Origin: a virus | DNA length: 64,000 nt | IMG/VR virus record: IMGVR_UViG_3300023179_000058 | Span: 1-64,000 of that record | Reading direction: 5' to 3' (one strand) | Shown: piece after piece, positions 47,911 to 57,469 of the stretch | How the letters are laid out: each line of letters begins with the position of its first letter | Position numbering within the stretch: the stretch's first letter is position 1 | Position numbers and translations under genes: made by a program | Notes under the pieces: model-generated | Seen by the model: only the letters and a program-made list of their open reading frames with translations | What the model was told of the DNA's origin: nothing | Database searches by the model: none

Positions 47911-48716
47911 TGATCGTTCTCTACGGGCATGGCTATGTTGCAGATTACATAGCCAAAGAAATGCATAAGCAATCATTTAAGTTTGTTCGCTTAACGCATC
48001 ATGCATTAGTACCTAAAGATGCAAAGTTTATTGTCAATGCCGCAGGCTTTACGGGCAACCCTAATGTAGATGCTTGTGAGGTTTTGCGTGATGAGTGCGT
48101 AGACGGAAACATTCGATGGCCACTTAAACTTGAAAGAATCGCAAGCCAAATTTCTGATATTCCAATTCTACACATTACTAGTGGTTGTGTGTATACTGGC
48201 TATGATAAAGAATGGACAGAAAATGATCCGCCAAACTTTACATTCAACAATGCTTCTTTCTATAGCGCATGTAAAGCATTGGCACAAGAACTACTATCGC
48301 CATATATGAACAAGTCATATTTGTTCCGAATTCGTATGCCATTTGGTCCGCACATTCACCACAAGAATCTATTGACAAAATATGAAAGATATGCTAAACT
48401 TGTAGACTATGAGAACAGCGTAACACAGGTTGAAGATTTAGCAAAATGTGTTTGTCATTTCATCATGATAAAACCAACATATGGAATTTATAATGTTTGT
48501 AATCCTGGCAGTACTAGCACGAAAGAAATTGTTGCAGAAATGGGGCTCCATAAAGAATGGATGACTCATGATGATTTTGCTAAGGCAGTAGTTGCGCCGA
48601 GAAGTAATTGTGTGCTAAATACTAAGAAGTTGGAAAGTGTGTATGCTATGCGGTATGCTGACCAAGCGGTAAGCGAAACAGTACGCACATACTTATCACA
48701 CAATCTTTACTTATGA
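47910..48716 (+). CDS. RmlD-like nucleotide-sugar 3,5-epimerase/4-reductase
   Basis: GFTGNPNVDACE, SGCVY, YSACK and RIRMP motifs. Confidence 0.8.
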   Translation: MIVLYGHGYVADYIAKEMHKQSFKFVRLTHHALVPKDAKFIVNAAGFTGNPNVDACEVLRDECVDGNIRWPLKLERIASQISDIPILHITSGCVYTGYDKEWTENDPPNFTFNNASFYSACKALAQELLSPYMNKSYLFRIRMPFGPHIHHKNLLTKYERYAKLVDYENSVTQVEDLAKCVCHFIMIKPTYGIYNVCNPGSTSTKEIVAEMGLHKEWMTHDDFAKAVVAPRSNCVLNTKKLESVYAMRYADQAVSETVRTYLSHNLYL

Positions 48717-48776
48717 CTGTATGAAGCAAAGAGAAAAGTGTTCTGGACGCGGGTTCGACTCCCGCCTGGTCCACCA
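48715..48776 (+). ncRNA. ssrA: permuted tmRNA, acceptor piece
   Basis: GGACGCGGGTTCGACTCCCGCCTGGTCCACCA = T-arm, 3' acceptor strand and CCA. The 5' boundary is approximate. Confidence 0.9.
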
Positions 48777-48793
48777 TAAGGAGATTTGTAAAC

Positions 48794-49180
48794 ATGGCAT
48801 ATTCCGATAAAGTAGTTGACCACTATGAAAACCCAAGAAATGTTGGATCGTTTGACAAGAACGATACTGATGTTGGTACTGGCATGGTTGGTGCTCCTGC
48901 TTGCGGAGATGTTATGAAACTACAGATAAAGGTTAATCATAAGACAGGTATTATTGAGGACGCCCGTTTTAAGACATACGGATGCGGGTCGGCAATCGCA
49001 TCAAGTTCTCTTGTCACAGAATGGGTCAAGGGCAAGACTCTTGACGAGGCGGCAGGTATTAAAAATTCTGAGATTGCAGAAGAACTCGCCCTCCCTCCAG
49101 TCAAAATACACTGTTCAATACTTGCTGAAGATGCGATTAAGTCAGCAGTAGAAGATTACCGAAAGAAAATCTCTTTATGA
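48794..49180 (+). CDS. iscU: Fe-S cluster scaffold IscU, inside the tmRNA intervening segment
   Basis: HYENPRN, APACGD, GCGSAIAS and LPPVKIHC motifs. Confidence 0.96.
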   Translation: MAYSDKVVDHYENPRNVGSFDKNDTDVGTGMVGAPACGDVMKLQIKVNHKTGIIEDARFKTYGCGSAIASSSLVTEWVKGKTLDEAAGIKNSEIAEELALPPVKIHCSILAEDAIKSAVEDYRKKISL

Positions 49181-49181
49181 T

Positions 49182-49350
49182 GGGCCAGTCATGGTTTCGA
49201 CAGGGCAAAGAGTAACAGAGTAGACAGTCCGGTAGATGACGACCGTAAATCGCATAAATAAAGTAAACGCAAACGATGAAAAGTTCGCATTGGCAGCCTA
49301 AACGCTGACTAGGGTTTCGGTGAGTTTCCTCGTAACAGAATAACTCACCA
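49182..49350 (+). ncRNA. ssrA: permuted tmRNA, coding piece (tag ANDEKFALAA)
   Basis: 5' GGGCCAG pairs with CTGGTCC including G3-U70; D-loop ...TTTCGAC; tag ORF 49269-49301. The 3' end is approximate. Confidence 0.9.
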
Positions 49351-49466
49351 CTAATTTTGGATAGTTGTAGTCGGCGGCAAAACCCGTTAGGCAGACCTAA
49401 CTTTGGATTGCTTTATGATAACGAACCGAAATGATTTTTAATTTTTTAACCTCTAAGGGGAATTTT

Positions 49467-49664
49467 ATGAAATATGTTATTGCAACTATCGTATCACTTT
49501 TCGCAACTATTGCTATGGCACAGCCAGCAAAGCAACCTGAACCAACTCCTCCTGCTAAAGTAGCAGAAGCGAAGAAGGAAGCACCTAAGGCAGAGGCTCC
49601 AAAGGCTGAAGCAAAGAAGGCTGATGCTAAGAAAGACGAAAAGAAAGAAACACCTAAGAAGTAA
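49467..49664 (+). CDS. small secreted Lys/Ala/Glu-rich protein
   Basis: Signal peptide followed by KAEAPKAEAKK repeats. Confidence 0.65.
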   Translation: MKYVIATIVSLFATIAMAQPAKQPEPTPPAKVAEAKKEAPKAEAPKAEAKKADAKKDEKKETPKK

Positions 49665-49763
49665 TTAAATAAGGGTCTTCCCAATTCCCCCCAAGAATTG
49701 GAATCCAATTTTATCACGCAGTAAGATTGGATTTTTTTTTTGCGTAATCTAAAGGAGACTAGT

Positions 49764-50804
49764 ATGGAGTTCTTAACTCTTGCCTTGTTCAAAGGCATTT
49801 CATACCTCTGGATGTTATTCTTCATTATGATAATTGCGGGACTAGCGAAACAATATGAATTGTTCGCCCCTGCCTATTCCTATGTTAAGAATACATTCAG
49901 GTCCAATAGATTTGTAGTTGCCCTACTGAGTGCAATCGGTGGCGTTCTTCCTATCGAAGGTCGCGTTACTGTGAGCGCAGGTCTTCTTGATACTGTGGCT
50001 CCAAAAGAGTCAGAGAGTAGAAAGAAGTTGGGCATCGTGGACTATCTAGCGACACACCACTATTACATGTGGTCGCCGTTAGAGAAAACCGTGATACTTC
50101 CTATCGCCGCATTTGGCTTAGCCTATAGTGCGTTTATAGGGATGATTGCACCTCTATTGGTGGTGAGTTTGGCGTTCATTACTTTCTATATCTGGACACA
50201 GATTAGGGAAGAAGAAATTCCAATCACACCTGGTCGATTTAAACTGAGTTCGGTCATAAGAAATGTAATGCCAATGGTAGTAGCAATTACTGCTTACGCT
50301 ACAGGTGTCGCTGATCACACTTGGTGTTTTGGCTTACTTGCTTTATATTATGTGTTTATCACACAACAATGGGATCCAAAGAAACTACTTGGTTATATCA
50401 AGTGGGATGTGATTGCAATTGTTGGCTTTGTGATTGTGCTAGGTAACTTCCTCAAATCATACGATAGTGCATTTGTAGCATTCATCAAAGGTAGTATGCT
50501 TGACCCTACTACATTTGTTGGTATGTTGATTATTTCTGTCGTTGGTTTTGTTGCAAGTTTTCTGATGGGTAGTTCTGGTAAGTTTATTGCTCTTGCTGTC
50601 GTTATGGCGCAAGTGTTTGGACCTCAATATTTCTTGTGGTTCTTTGCAATTGACTACGCAGGCTATTTACTCAGCCCAACACACAAATGCGTGATGGTAG
50701 GAAACACCTATTTCGGAACGCCACTCAGCGTGTATTATAAAGCACTTGGTACTTGGGCGCTATTGCTCATTGCTACCGCGGGGCTATTTACATTCATCAT
50801 CTAA
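49764..50804 (+). CDS. multi-pass membrane transporter (ion-transporter superfamily/DUF401-like)
   Basis: About 10 TM segments; LLSPTHKC motif. Confidence 0.65.
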   Translation: MEFLTLALFKGISYLWMLFFIMIIAGLAKQYELFAPAYSYVKNTFRSNRFVVALLSAIGGVLPIEGRVTVSAGLLDTVAPKESESRKKLGIVDYLATHHYYMWSPLEKTVILPIAAFGLAYSAFIGMIAPLLVVSLAFITFYIWTQIREEEIPITPGRFKLSSVIRNVMPMVVAITAYATGVADHTWCFGLLALYYVFITQQWDPKKLLGYIKWDVIAIVGFVIVLGNFLKSYDSAFVAFIKGSMLDPTTFVGMLIISVVGFVASFLMGSSGKFIALAVVMAQVFGPQYFLWFFAIDYAGYLLSPTHKCVMVGNTYFGTPLSVYYKALGTWALLLIATAGLFTFII

Positions 50805-50846
50805 CATAACCTAGGGGCAGAGACCCCTAGATTGGGAGGAAAACTT

Positions 50847-51716
50847 ATGATAAAACAAATGCTATCATTAGCAGTTGCTTTTGCATTTTTTTCTGGCAAT
50901 GCAATCGCACAAAATAAATTAAGTACGCCGGAATCTGAAGTAAGAAAAGAGGAAGAAGCAAAAACATTACCCGCGGTAATTGTAAGTGCTAAAATTCCAA
51001 ATCAGTTTGATACTGTCGGTGAGTATAATCAGCCAGTCTGGACTACTACTCGAATGTTTCCCACTACAAGAGCATATGTGATGACACCGCCAGGTGCCGT
51101 TAAATATGAAAAGTGGTTTGACTTTAGAGATAGAAAAAATGGTCCAACTCAAATTCGTATGCGTGATGAGTTGGCATTCGGTTTGGGAAACAGATTGGAA
51201 TTAGATTTGTATAACCATACCGTGTATGATGGTCCATCTGAAGACAAGACATTTGCTTGGAGAGGATTCAGTTGGGAGATTCGATATGCGTTAGCAGATT
51301 GGGGAAAGATTCCTGGAAACCCTACATTATATTTTGAACATAAATTGATTAATGGGGTTCAAGGTATCGAGCCAAAACTTTTGTTATCTGACAGAATTGG
51401 AAACACCGACTGGATTTGGGCAACTAATTTCATCTATGAAGCAAACTTAGCGAAAACTAAAGCCGCACAAGAACGCGAATATGCAGTTACCGCAAGTCTA
51501 GGTAAAATTATAAGCAACAATTTGACGGTGGGTGCATCTGCACATTACAGATACCATAACTATGAAGACAATATTAAAGAACTTTATATTGGTCCGAATA
51601 TCAATTATCGTGTCGGTAAGAATGCAAGATTCAGTCTAGAATATATGCCTCTAGTTTCAAAAGAAGGCAAATATGATAGTAGAAGTTTCTTTATCTTTGC
51701 ATGGGACCTTCAGTAG
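50847..51716 (+). CDS. putative outer-membrane beta-barrel protein
   Basis: Signal peptide; alternating beta strands; aromatic C-terminal strand FFIFAWDL. Confidence 0.65.
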   Translation: MIKQMLSLAVAFAFFSGNAIAQNKLSTPESEVRKEEEAKTLPAVIVSAKIPNQFDTVGEYNQPVWTTTRMFPTTRAYVMTPPGAVKYEKWFDFRDRKNGPTQIRMRDELAFGLGNRLELDLYNHTVYDGPSEDKTFAWRGFSWEIRYALADWGKIPGNPTLYFEHKLINGVQGIEPKLLLSDRIGNTDWIWATNFIYEANLAKTKAAQEREYAVTASLGKIISNNLTVGASAHYRYHNYEDNIKELYIGPNINYRVGKNARFSLEYMPLVSKEGKYDSRSFFIFAWDLQ

Positions 51717-51787
51717 ATATATAATAGAGAGTTTCCGGAACTCTTCAAAACCGGATTTTATTAACACACACAAAAAGGAGACACACT

Positions 51788-52000
51788 ATGTCTAAAACAC
51801 CTTATGAAATTCGTCTTGAACTTTTGAAAATGGCGCAGGATCAATTGAACCAACGCTACTATCAGAAAGCGGACCATGTTCGACACAACTCATCCATTAA
51901 AAATGAGCAGGTACCTCTAGCAGAGATTCCTGAATTTCCAACGACAAAAGAAATTTTGCTCGAAGCGGATGTGCTAAAGACCTTTATTGATAAGCAGTAA
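51788..52000 (+). CDS. hypothetical protein (TPYEIRLELL)
   Basis: Strong RBS AAGGAG. Confidence 0.65.
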   Translation: MSKTPYEIRLELLKMAQDQLNQRYYQKADHVRHNSSIKNEQVPLAEIPEFPTTKEILLEADVLKTFIDKQ

Positions 52001-52058
52001 AGATTAGAGTTTTGCCAGTTGGACTCTAATCAACTGGCACTTAATTAAAGGATACATC

Positions 52059-52643
52059 ATGAGTAAAGAAACAGGAAAATCAACCTTACGAAGATTCCAC
52101 GACATTCGTTTTTCTACACGCTACTTTGTTGGTGATGGCATTGACATTGGTGCAGGTGACGATCCCCTATCAGACTATTCTGAATTCTTTCCATCAATTA
52201 AATCATTGCGTCCTTGGGACATGCCAGATGGTGATGCACAATATATGCATGGCGTAAAAGATGACACCTATGACTTTGTTCATTCGAGTCATTGCTTAGA
52301 ACATGTGCGCGATCCACAAGTCACGCTTGGTAATTGGATTCGCATTTGCAAACCAGGTGGCTATCTTGTTATTGTTGTACCCGATGAAGACTTGTATGAA
52401 CAAGGAGTTTTTCCATCAACATTTAATGGCGCACACTTGTGGACATATACCATTAAAAAGAATGCATCATGGTGTGACAGATCGGTAAATGTGTTCGACT
52501 TATTATCTAATTTTGTTGACAAAGTGCATGTACATAAAGTAGAATTACTAGATGCTACATTTCGCTACAACAAACCTAGATTTGATCAGACAGATAAATC
52601 TTTTGGCGATTGTGCTATAGAAATTATTCTGAAAAAGGTGTAA
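52059..52643 (+). CDS. class I SAM-dependent methyltransferase
   Basis: DIGAG, SSHCLEH and KPGG motifs. Confidence 0.85.
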   Translation: MSKETGKSTLRRFHDIRFSTRYFVGDGIDIGAGDDPLSDYSEFFPSIKSLRPWDMPDGDAQYMHGVKDDTYDFVHSSHCLEHVRDPQVTLGNWIRICKPGGYLVIVVPDEDLYEQGVFPSTFNGAHLWTYTIKKNASWCDRSVNVFDLLSNFVDKVHVHKVELLDATFRYNKPRFDQTDKSFGDCAIEIILKKV

Positions 52644-52644
52644 T

Positions 52645-53295
52645 ATGAAATTTGCTCTTCAATGTTCATATGATGCAGGCTATGCAGTTCTTGGCGATTT
52701 GACATGGTATAAAAATAAAGTCAAGTATTGTGAGAAACATGGATACACGCCTGCACTACACATTTATACTAAACCTTTGCTTCCTCATAGTTACATGAAG
52801 ATGTTTCATGTGAGAGAACTTTTCAAAGAAAATAAACACGATTGGATATGGGTTACTGGTTGTGATTCTATGATCACAAACATGACTGTAAAATTAGAAG
52901 ATATTGCCGATGAAAACTATCATCTAATTATTGCTACAGATGTTAATGGGCTGAACGCTGATAGTTTTTTGATTCGCAATTCTGAAGAAGGTAGATACTA
53001 CATTGATTATATTATTAGTGGAGTTGATACTTACAGAAACCATCATTGGGCTGAACAGCAAGCCATGATGGACTGCCAAGATAAATTTAAAGACATTACT
53101 AAATTTGTTCCTCAGAGAACATTTAACTCTTATAACTATGATTTTTATCCTCATTGTGCCAAGCCAAATTTAGATAAGTTAGGAACAGATGGTAATTGGC
53201 AACATGGAGATTTTCTAATTCACTGGCCTGGACAAACTTTGGAGCGAAGACTCCAGCATTTTGAACGATATTCACAAAGCGTAATTTATGATTGA
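52645..53295 (+). CDS. GT34 (GMA12/MNN10)-like glycosyltransferase
   Basis: KYCEKHGY, WIWVTGCD, EQ, FNSY and GDFLIHWPG motifs. Confidence 0.75.
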   Translation: MKFALQCSYDAGYAVLGDLTWYKNKVKYCEKHGYTPALHIYTKPLLPHSYMKMFHVRELFKENKHDWIWVTGCDSMITNMTVKLEDIADENYHLIIATDVNGLNADSFLIRNSEEGRYYIDYIISGVDTYRNHHWAEQQAMMDCQDKFKDITKFVPQRTFNSYNYDFYPHCAKPNLDKLGTDGNWQHGDFLIHWPGQTLERRLQHFERYSQSVIYD

Positions 53296-54616
53296 TAAAG
53301 AAAAAATTCTGACAGATATTGCACACTATATCTGGCAACAGAAAGAACAGAAGACTTGGACTCCAGGAAAAGACTTTGTAAACTATGCAGGTCCATTCTT
53401 TGATGAGCATGAAATTATCGTAGCAGTTCGCACACTACTAGATGGTTGGCTTGTTATGGGTGATGATTGTGCAAGATTCGAAAGAAAGTTTCCGCGCGAG
53501 TTTGGTAAAGAGTGCGGCATTCTAACAAACTCTGGTTCTAGTTCTAATCTTTTAATGATGGCTTCGCTTACATCAAAGCGCGGACACAATCTACCTAAAG
53601 GCACAAAGGTACTAGTTCCTATCGCAGGATTTCCTACGACACTCAATCCAACACTACAAGTAGGGTTCGAACCAGTCTTTGTTGACATTGAAATTGATAC
53701 ATTGAATCTAGACTTAGATCAGGTTGTTGATATTCTAGATTCTGATCCAGACATTCGCGTAATTACATTCGCGCATGTACTAGGCAATCCTCCAAACATG
53801 GATTGTCTCATGGACATTGTGAAGCACTACAATCTTATTCTATTAGAAGATTGCTGTGACGCACTCGGATCAACATACGATGGTAAGCCTCTTGGTTCAT
53901 TTGGTGAAATGGCATCATGTTCATTCTATCCCGCACATCACATGACAATGGGTGAGGGTGGCTTTGTCGCATGTAACACTAACGAACAAGAAGTTATTCT
54001 CCGTTCATTCAGAGAATGGGGACGCGGTTGCTATTGCGTAGGACCGAAAGCAAACAAACTCAAGTGCGGTACTTGTAAAGAACGATTCAAAGAATGGATA
54101 CCTGAACTACCAGGAGAAATTTTTGATCACAAGTATGTCTATGATGAAATTGGATACAATCTAAAGCCTATTGAACTGCAAGGTTCAATAGGAATGATTC
54201 AATTAGATAAACTAGAACAGATTCATGAATTGCGTAGACGCAACTATAAAATGCTTTTTGACATTTACGCCAAGTACGAAGAATTTTTTAGTCTACCAAG
54301 AGCAACACATAAGTCAGACCCATCATGGTTTGCTTTTCCTCTAACGATTCGTAAAAATGCGCCATTTACGCGAAGTGAAATTGTTGACTATCTTGAAGAC
54401 AATTTGATTCAAACACGCCCATACTTCGCTGGCAACATCATGCTTCAGCCTGCGTATAGTCATCTTATGAATCCCGCAGACGCTAGAGATTATTTCCCGG
54501 TCGCAACATATGCAATGACGCATACATACTTTCACGGAACTAGTCCAGTGATTACGCCACAGCAGATTCAATATATCGGTGATGTGGTAGATAACTTTAT
54601 AAAAAGCAAGGTATGA
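53288..54616 (+). CDS. rfbH: CDP-4-keto-6-deoxyglucose 3-dehydrase (RfbH/DdhC family)
   Basis: NSGSSSNL; SFYPAHHMTMGEGG (His in place of Lys); GRGCYC...CGTC Fe-S motif; YDEIGYN. Confidence 0.85.
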   Translation: MIDKEKILTDIAHYIWQQKEQKTWTPGKDFVNYAGPFFDEHEIIVAVRTLLDGWLVMGDDCARFERKFPREFGKECGILTNSGSSSNLLMMASLTSKRGHNLPKGTKVLVPIAGFPTTLNPTLQVGFEPVFVDIEIDTLNLDLDQVVDILDSDPDIRVITFAHVLGNPPNMDCLMDIVKHYNLILLEDCCDALGSTYDGKPLGSFGEMASCSFYPAHHMTMGEGGFVACNTNEQEVILRSFREWGRGCYCVGPKANKLKCGTCKERFKEWIPELPGEIFDHKYVYDEIGYNLKPIELQGSIGMIQLDKLEQIHELRRRNYKMLFDIYAKYEEFFSLPRATHKSDPSWFAFPLTIRKNAPFTRSEIVDYLEDNLIQTRPYFAGNIMLQPAYSHLMNPADARDYFPVATYAMTHTYFHGTSPVITPQQIQYIGDVVDNFIKSKV

Positions 54617-55200
54617 AAAAAGTTGTTCTATTCGGTGCAAGTGGAGATATAGGCAAAGAAATTCAAAAGGCATTCGAAGGTAATGTTGTTATAACACCAT
54701 CGCGCAAAGAAGTTGACTTTTTGGATAAAGATTGCTATAATAAAGTATCGAATCTTTTAACGAAAGAACAACCAGATATAGTGATTAATTCTGTAGGCTG
54801 GTTTGGTGACAACTACGATACCCATTACAATATAATGGATGTAAATTTTGGAAGTAATTGGGCAATCGTAAGACACTATATGTTGAACCCGTCAGAGAAA
54901 CCTGTAAAGATTTGTATGATAGGTTCAATATGCTATAGCGAAGGTAAAGATAAGTACATTGTCTATGCCGCAAGCAAAATGGCAATGTATAGTCTTTGGC
55001 AGGGTGCATCAAAGTATTTTAAAGATACGAATGTGAACATTGATTTAATCAATCCTCAGAGAACGAAAACAAGAATGACGATGAAGAGAATTGATGAGAA
55101 TCTACAATATCACGAAACCGAAGAAGTAGCAGAAGTAGTTTATGATTTTGTCATGAACAAAAAAGGAAATAATTCAATAGATACAGAGTTTAAAATATGA
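54613..55200 (+). CDS. short-chain dehydrogenase/reductase
   Basis: GASGDIG and YAASK motifs. Confidence 0.8.
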   Translation: MKKVVLFGASGDIGKEIQKAFEGNVVITPSRKEVDFLDKDCYNKVSNLLTKEQPDIVINSVGWFGDNYDTHYNIMDVNFGSNWAIVRHYMLNPSEKPVKICMIGSICYSEGKDKYIVYAASKMAMYSLWQGASKYFKDTNVNIDLINPQRTKTRMTMKRIDENLQYHETEEVAEVVYDFVMNKKGNNSIDTEFKI

Positions 55201-56150
55201 AAACAACAAAAGTCGTGTATGTAACAGGTTGCTTAGGATTCATTGGATACTATGTCGCAAAGCGTTGCCTTCAAGAAGGTTACTATGTCATTGGTGTTGA
55301 TAAGATTACCTATGCGGCAAATGAAAAATTGGTAGATGAACTTTTCAAAATCGTACCAAACAAATTTAGATTTGTTCATTCAGACATTAACGATTTGGAA
55401 AGACTAACGGACTGTGACTATGTAATCAACTGCGCCGCAGAATCTCATGTTGATAATAGCATCATGTCATCGGAAGTTTTCTTGCGTTCTAATATCAATG
55501 GCGTTCACAAACTGTTACAACTGATTCAACAAAAGAGTTTGTATAACATGCCAACGCTATTGCACTTCAGTACCGATGAAGTATATGGTGACATTGAAGA
55601 AGGCGCACACATTGAGACCGATTTACTTAAACCTAGCAATCCATATTCTGCATCTAAGGCTGCCGCAGATATGTTGATCCTCGCGTGGGCGCGAACATTC
55701 AAAGTACCTTATGTCATTGTGCGCCCAACAAACAACTATGGCATTGGTCAATACGCAGAAAAACTCATACCGAAGAGTTGCAAGCATTTGATGCTAGGTA
55801 AAAAAATCGATGTGCATGATCGTGGTATGCCATATCGAACATGGCTACATGCATCAGACACAGCCGAAGCAGTTTTGACAATCATTAGGGCTGGAGTTAA
55901 AGACGAAATTTATAATATCAACGGAAATTATGAGTGTCAGAACATTGATGTGATTAAAAAAATTATTCGTTGGATGAATTCAGACTTTGATTATGAAAAG
56001 TATCTCACATACTTTATGCGACCTGGACATGATGTGCGTTATGCACTGGACGATACGAAACTCAAAGCACTTGGTTGGCAACCAAAAGCAGTCTTTGATG
56101 ATGAATTGAAAAAAATTATTGAACATTCGAAAAAACATTTCATATGGTAA
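55197..56150 (+). CDS. rmlB: dTDP-glucose 4,6-dehydratase
   Basis: GCLGFIG, AAESHVD, STDEVYG, YSASK and RPGHD motifs. Confidence 0.9.
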   Translation: MKTTKVVYVTGCLGFIGYYVAKRCLQEGYYVIGVDKITYAANEKLVDELFKIVPNKFRFVHSDINDLERLTDCDYVINCAAESHVDNSIMSSEVFLRSNINGVHKLLQLIQQKSLYNMPTLLHFSTDEVYGDIEEGAHIETDLLKPSNPYSASKAAADMLILAWARTFKVPYVIVRPTNNYGIGQYAEKLIPKSCKHLMLGKKIDVHDRGMPYRTWLHASDTAEAVLTIIRAGVKDEIYNINGNYECQNIDVIKKIIRWMNSDFDYEKYLTYFMRPGHDVRYALDDTKLKALGWQPKAVFDDELKKIIEHSKKHFIW

Positions 56151-56872
56151 ACACCTTTCTTCATTCTGGTAAGTTAGGCGACATTATTTGGTCATTACCT
56201 GCCGTCAAACATCTAGGTGGCGGCATTCTATATCTTAGAACTGATCAAATTGATCCTGGTCCTAATGAAGTACTCTTGACAAAAGAAGGCGCAGAGAGTA
56301 TAATAACATTATTGAAGACTCAGGAGTACATTCATGATGTAAAAATCTACAATGGAGAAGAAATTACGCACAATTTAGACTTGTTTCGCAGATATATTTT
56401 TGCCGTACCTGAGATTACCATCGCAGAAAGCGTATTTTTAGCGTTAGGTATTAGGGGTAATCATGAGGAAGAACTAGATCAAACTTGGATTACGGTAGAA
56501 AAAGATGCGCGAGTGCTAAATAAAATAGTTATCTCACGGACCGAAAGGTACCAAGCAGGTAATAATCAGGTAAATCCTTTTTATCTGAAACTAAAAGAAC
56601 GCAATATTTCGAAGCACGGAATATTCGTAGGTTCTTTAAACGAGTATGAGAAATTTGAAGAAGTATATCGTACTGGGATAGAATATTATCCCACACCTAC
56701 GATTCTTGATTTGGCTAAAGTCATATCAGCATCAAAATTTTATGTTGGAAATGAAAACTTAGCCAATGCTTTAAATGAGAGCATGAAGAAAACTTCATTT
56801 CTAGAAAGTAATAAAAATCCTATAGGGCAATTCTTTTGCTATTTTAAACGACCGGATTTGTTTCTCATATAG
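56144..56872 (+). CDS. GT9-like glycosyltransferase
   Basis: HSGKLGDII...YVGNE motifs. Confidence 0.6.
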   Translation: MVNTFLHSGKLGDIIWSLPAVKHLGGGILYLRTDQIDPGPNEVLLTKEGAESIITLLKTQEYIHDVKIYNGEEITHNLDLFRRYIFAVPEITIAESVFLALGIRGNHEEELDQTWITVEKDARVLNKIVISRTERYQAGNNQVNPFYLKLKERNISKHGIFVGSLNEYEKFEEVYRTGIEYYPTPTILDLAKVISASKFYVGNENLANALNESMKKTSFLESNKNPIGQFFCYFKRPDLFLI

Positions 56873-56902
56873 TTGTGTTAAATTAAAACAGAAGGAGGAG
56901 AT

Positions 56903-57469
56903 ATGAAAGCCTTAGCCTATAAGGTCCAAGTATTGTTTCTCATATGTTTGACAATAATGACAACTCATCATTACTATAAAATAAGTCAAACAACAACGCC
57001 TAGTTTGGACCTGAAAATTTCTCAGTTCACCAAAGAGGCGAAAAGAGAGATTTATTGTCTAGCGGAAAATATCTATTTTGAAGCAGGGCATGAACCAACA
57101 GAGGGCAAATATGCGGTTGCGTTTGTTACTCAAAACAGAGTTGAGAAAGGTTTTGCCGATACCATTTGCGGTGTGGTGAAACAAAAGATCAACGGGGTAT
57201 GCCAATTTTCATGGTGGTGTGAAGATAAGCCTCATTTCATTTCAACCAATAATCTATTGACAAAAGACTATAATCCAGTGTATAATGAAGCATTAAGATT
57301 AGCAATTGATTTTTATACCAACCATGACATTCTAAAGGACCCGACAAACGGTGCGTTATTCTATCATGCAGACTATGTTAACCCGAATTGGACTTTTGCT
57401 AAAAAAGAAGTTACCATCGGTAGACACATCTTCTACAACTACAAAAGGAAGCCGAATGAAAGAATCTAA
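56903..57469 (+). CDS. SleB-like cell wall hydrolase (Hydrolase_2)
   Basis: CLAENIYFEA, CQFSW, FYHADYV and IGRHIFY motifs. Confidence 0.88.
   Translation: MKALAYKVQVLFLICLTIMTTHHYYKISQTTTPSLDLKISQFTKEAKREIYCLAENIYFEAGHEPTEGKYAVAFVTQNRVEKGFADTICGVVKQKINGVCQFSWWCEDKPHFISTNNLLTKDYNPVYNEALRLAIDFYTNHDILKDPTNGALFYHADYVNPNWTFAKKEVTIGRHIFYNYKRKPNERI

Noticed and set aside
48766-49188. Integrated element in a standard tmRNA (attL/attR)
   Set aside because: There is no duplicated 3' end and no integrase. The order (3' part, then 5' part) with mutual pairing fits a permuted gene.
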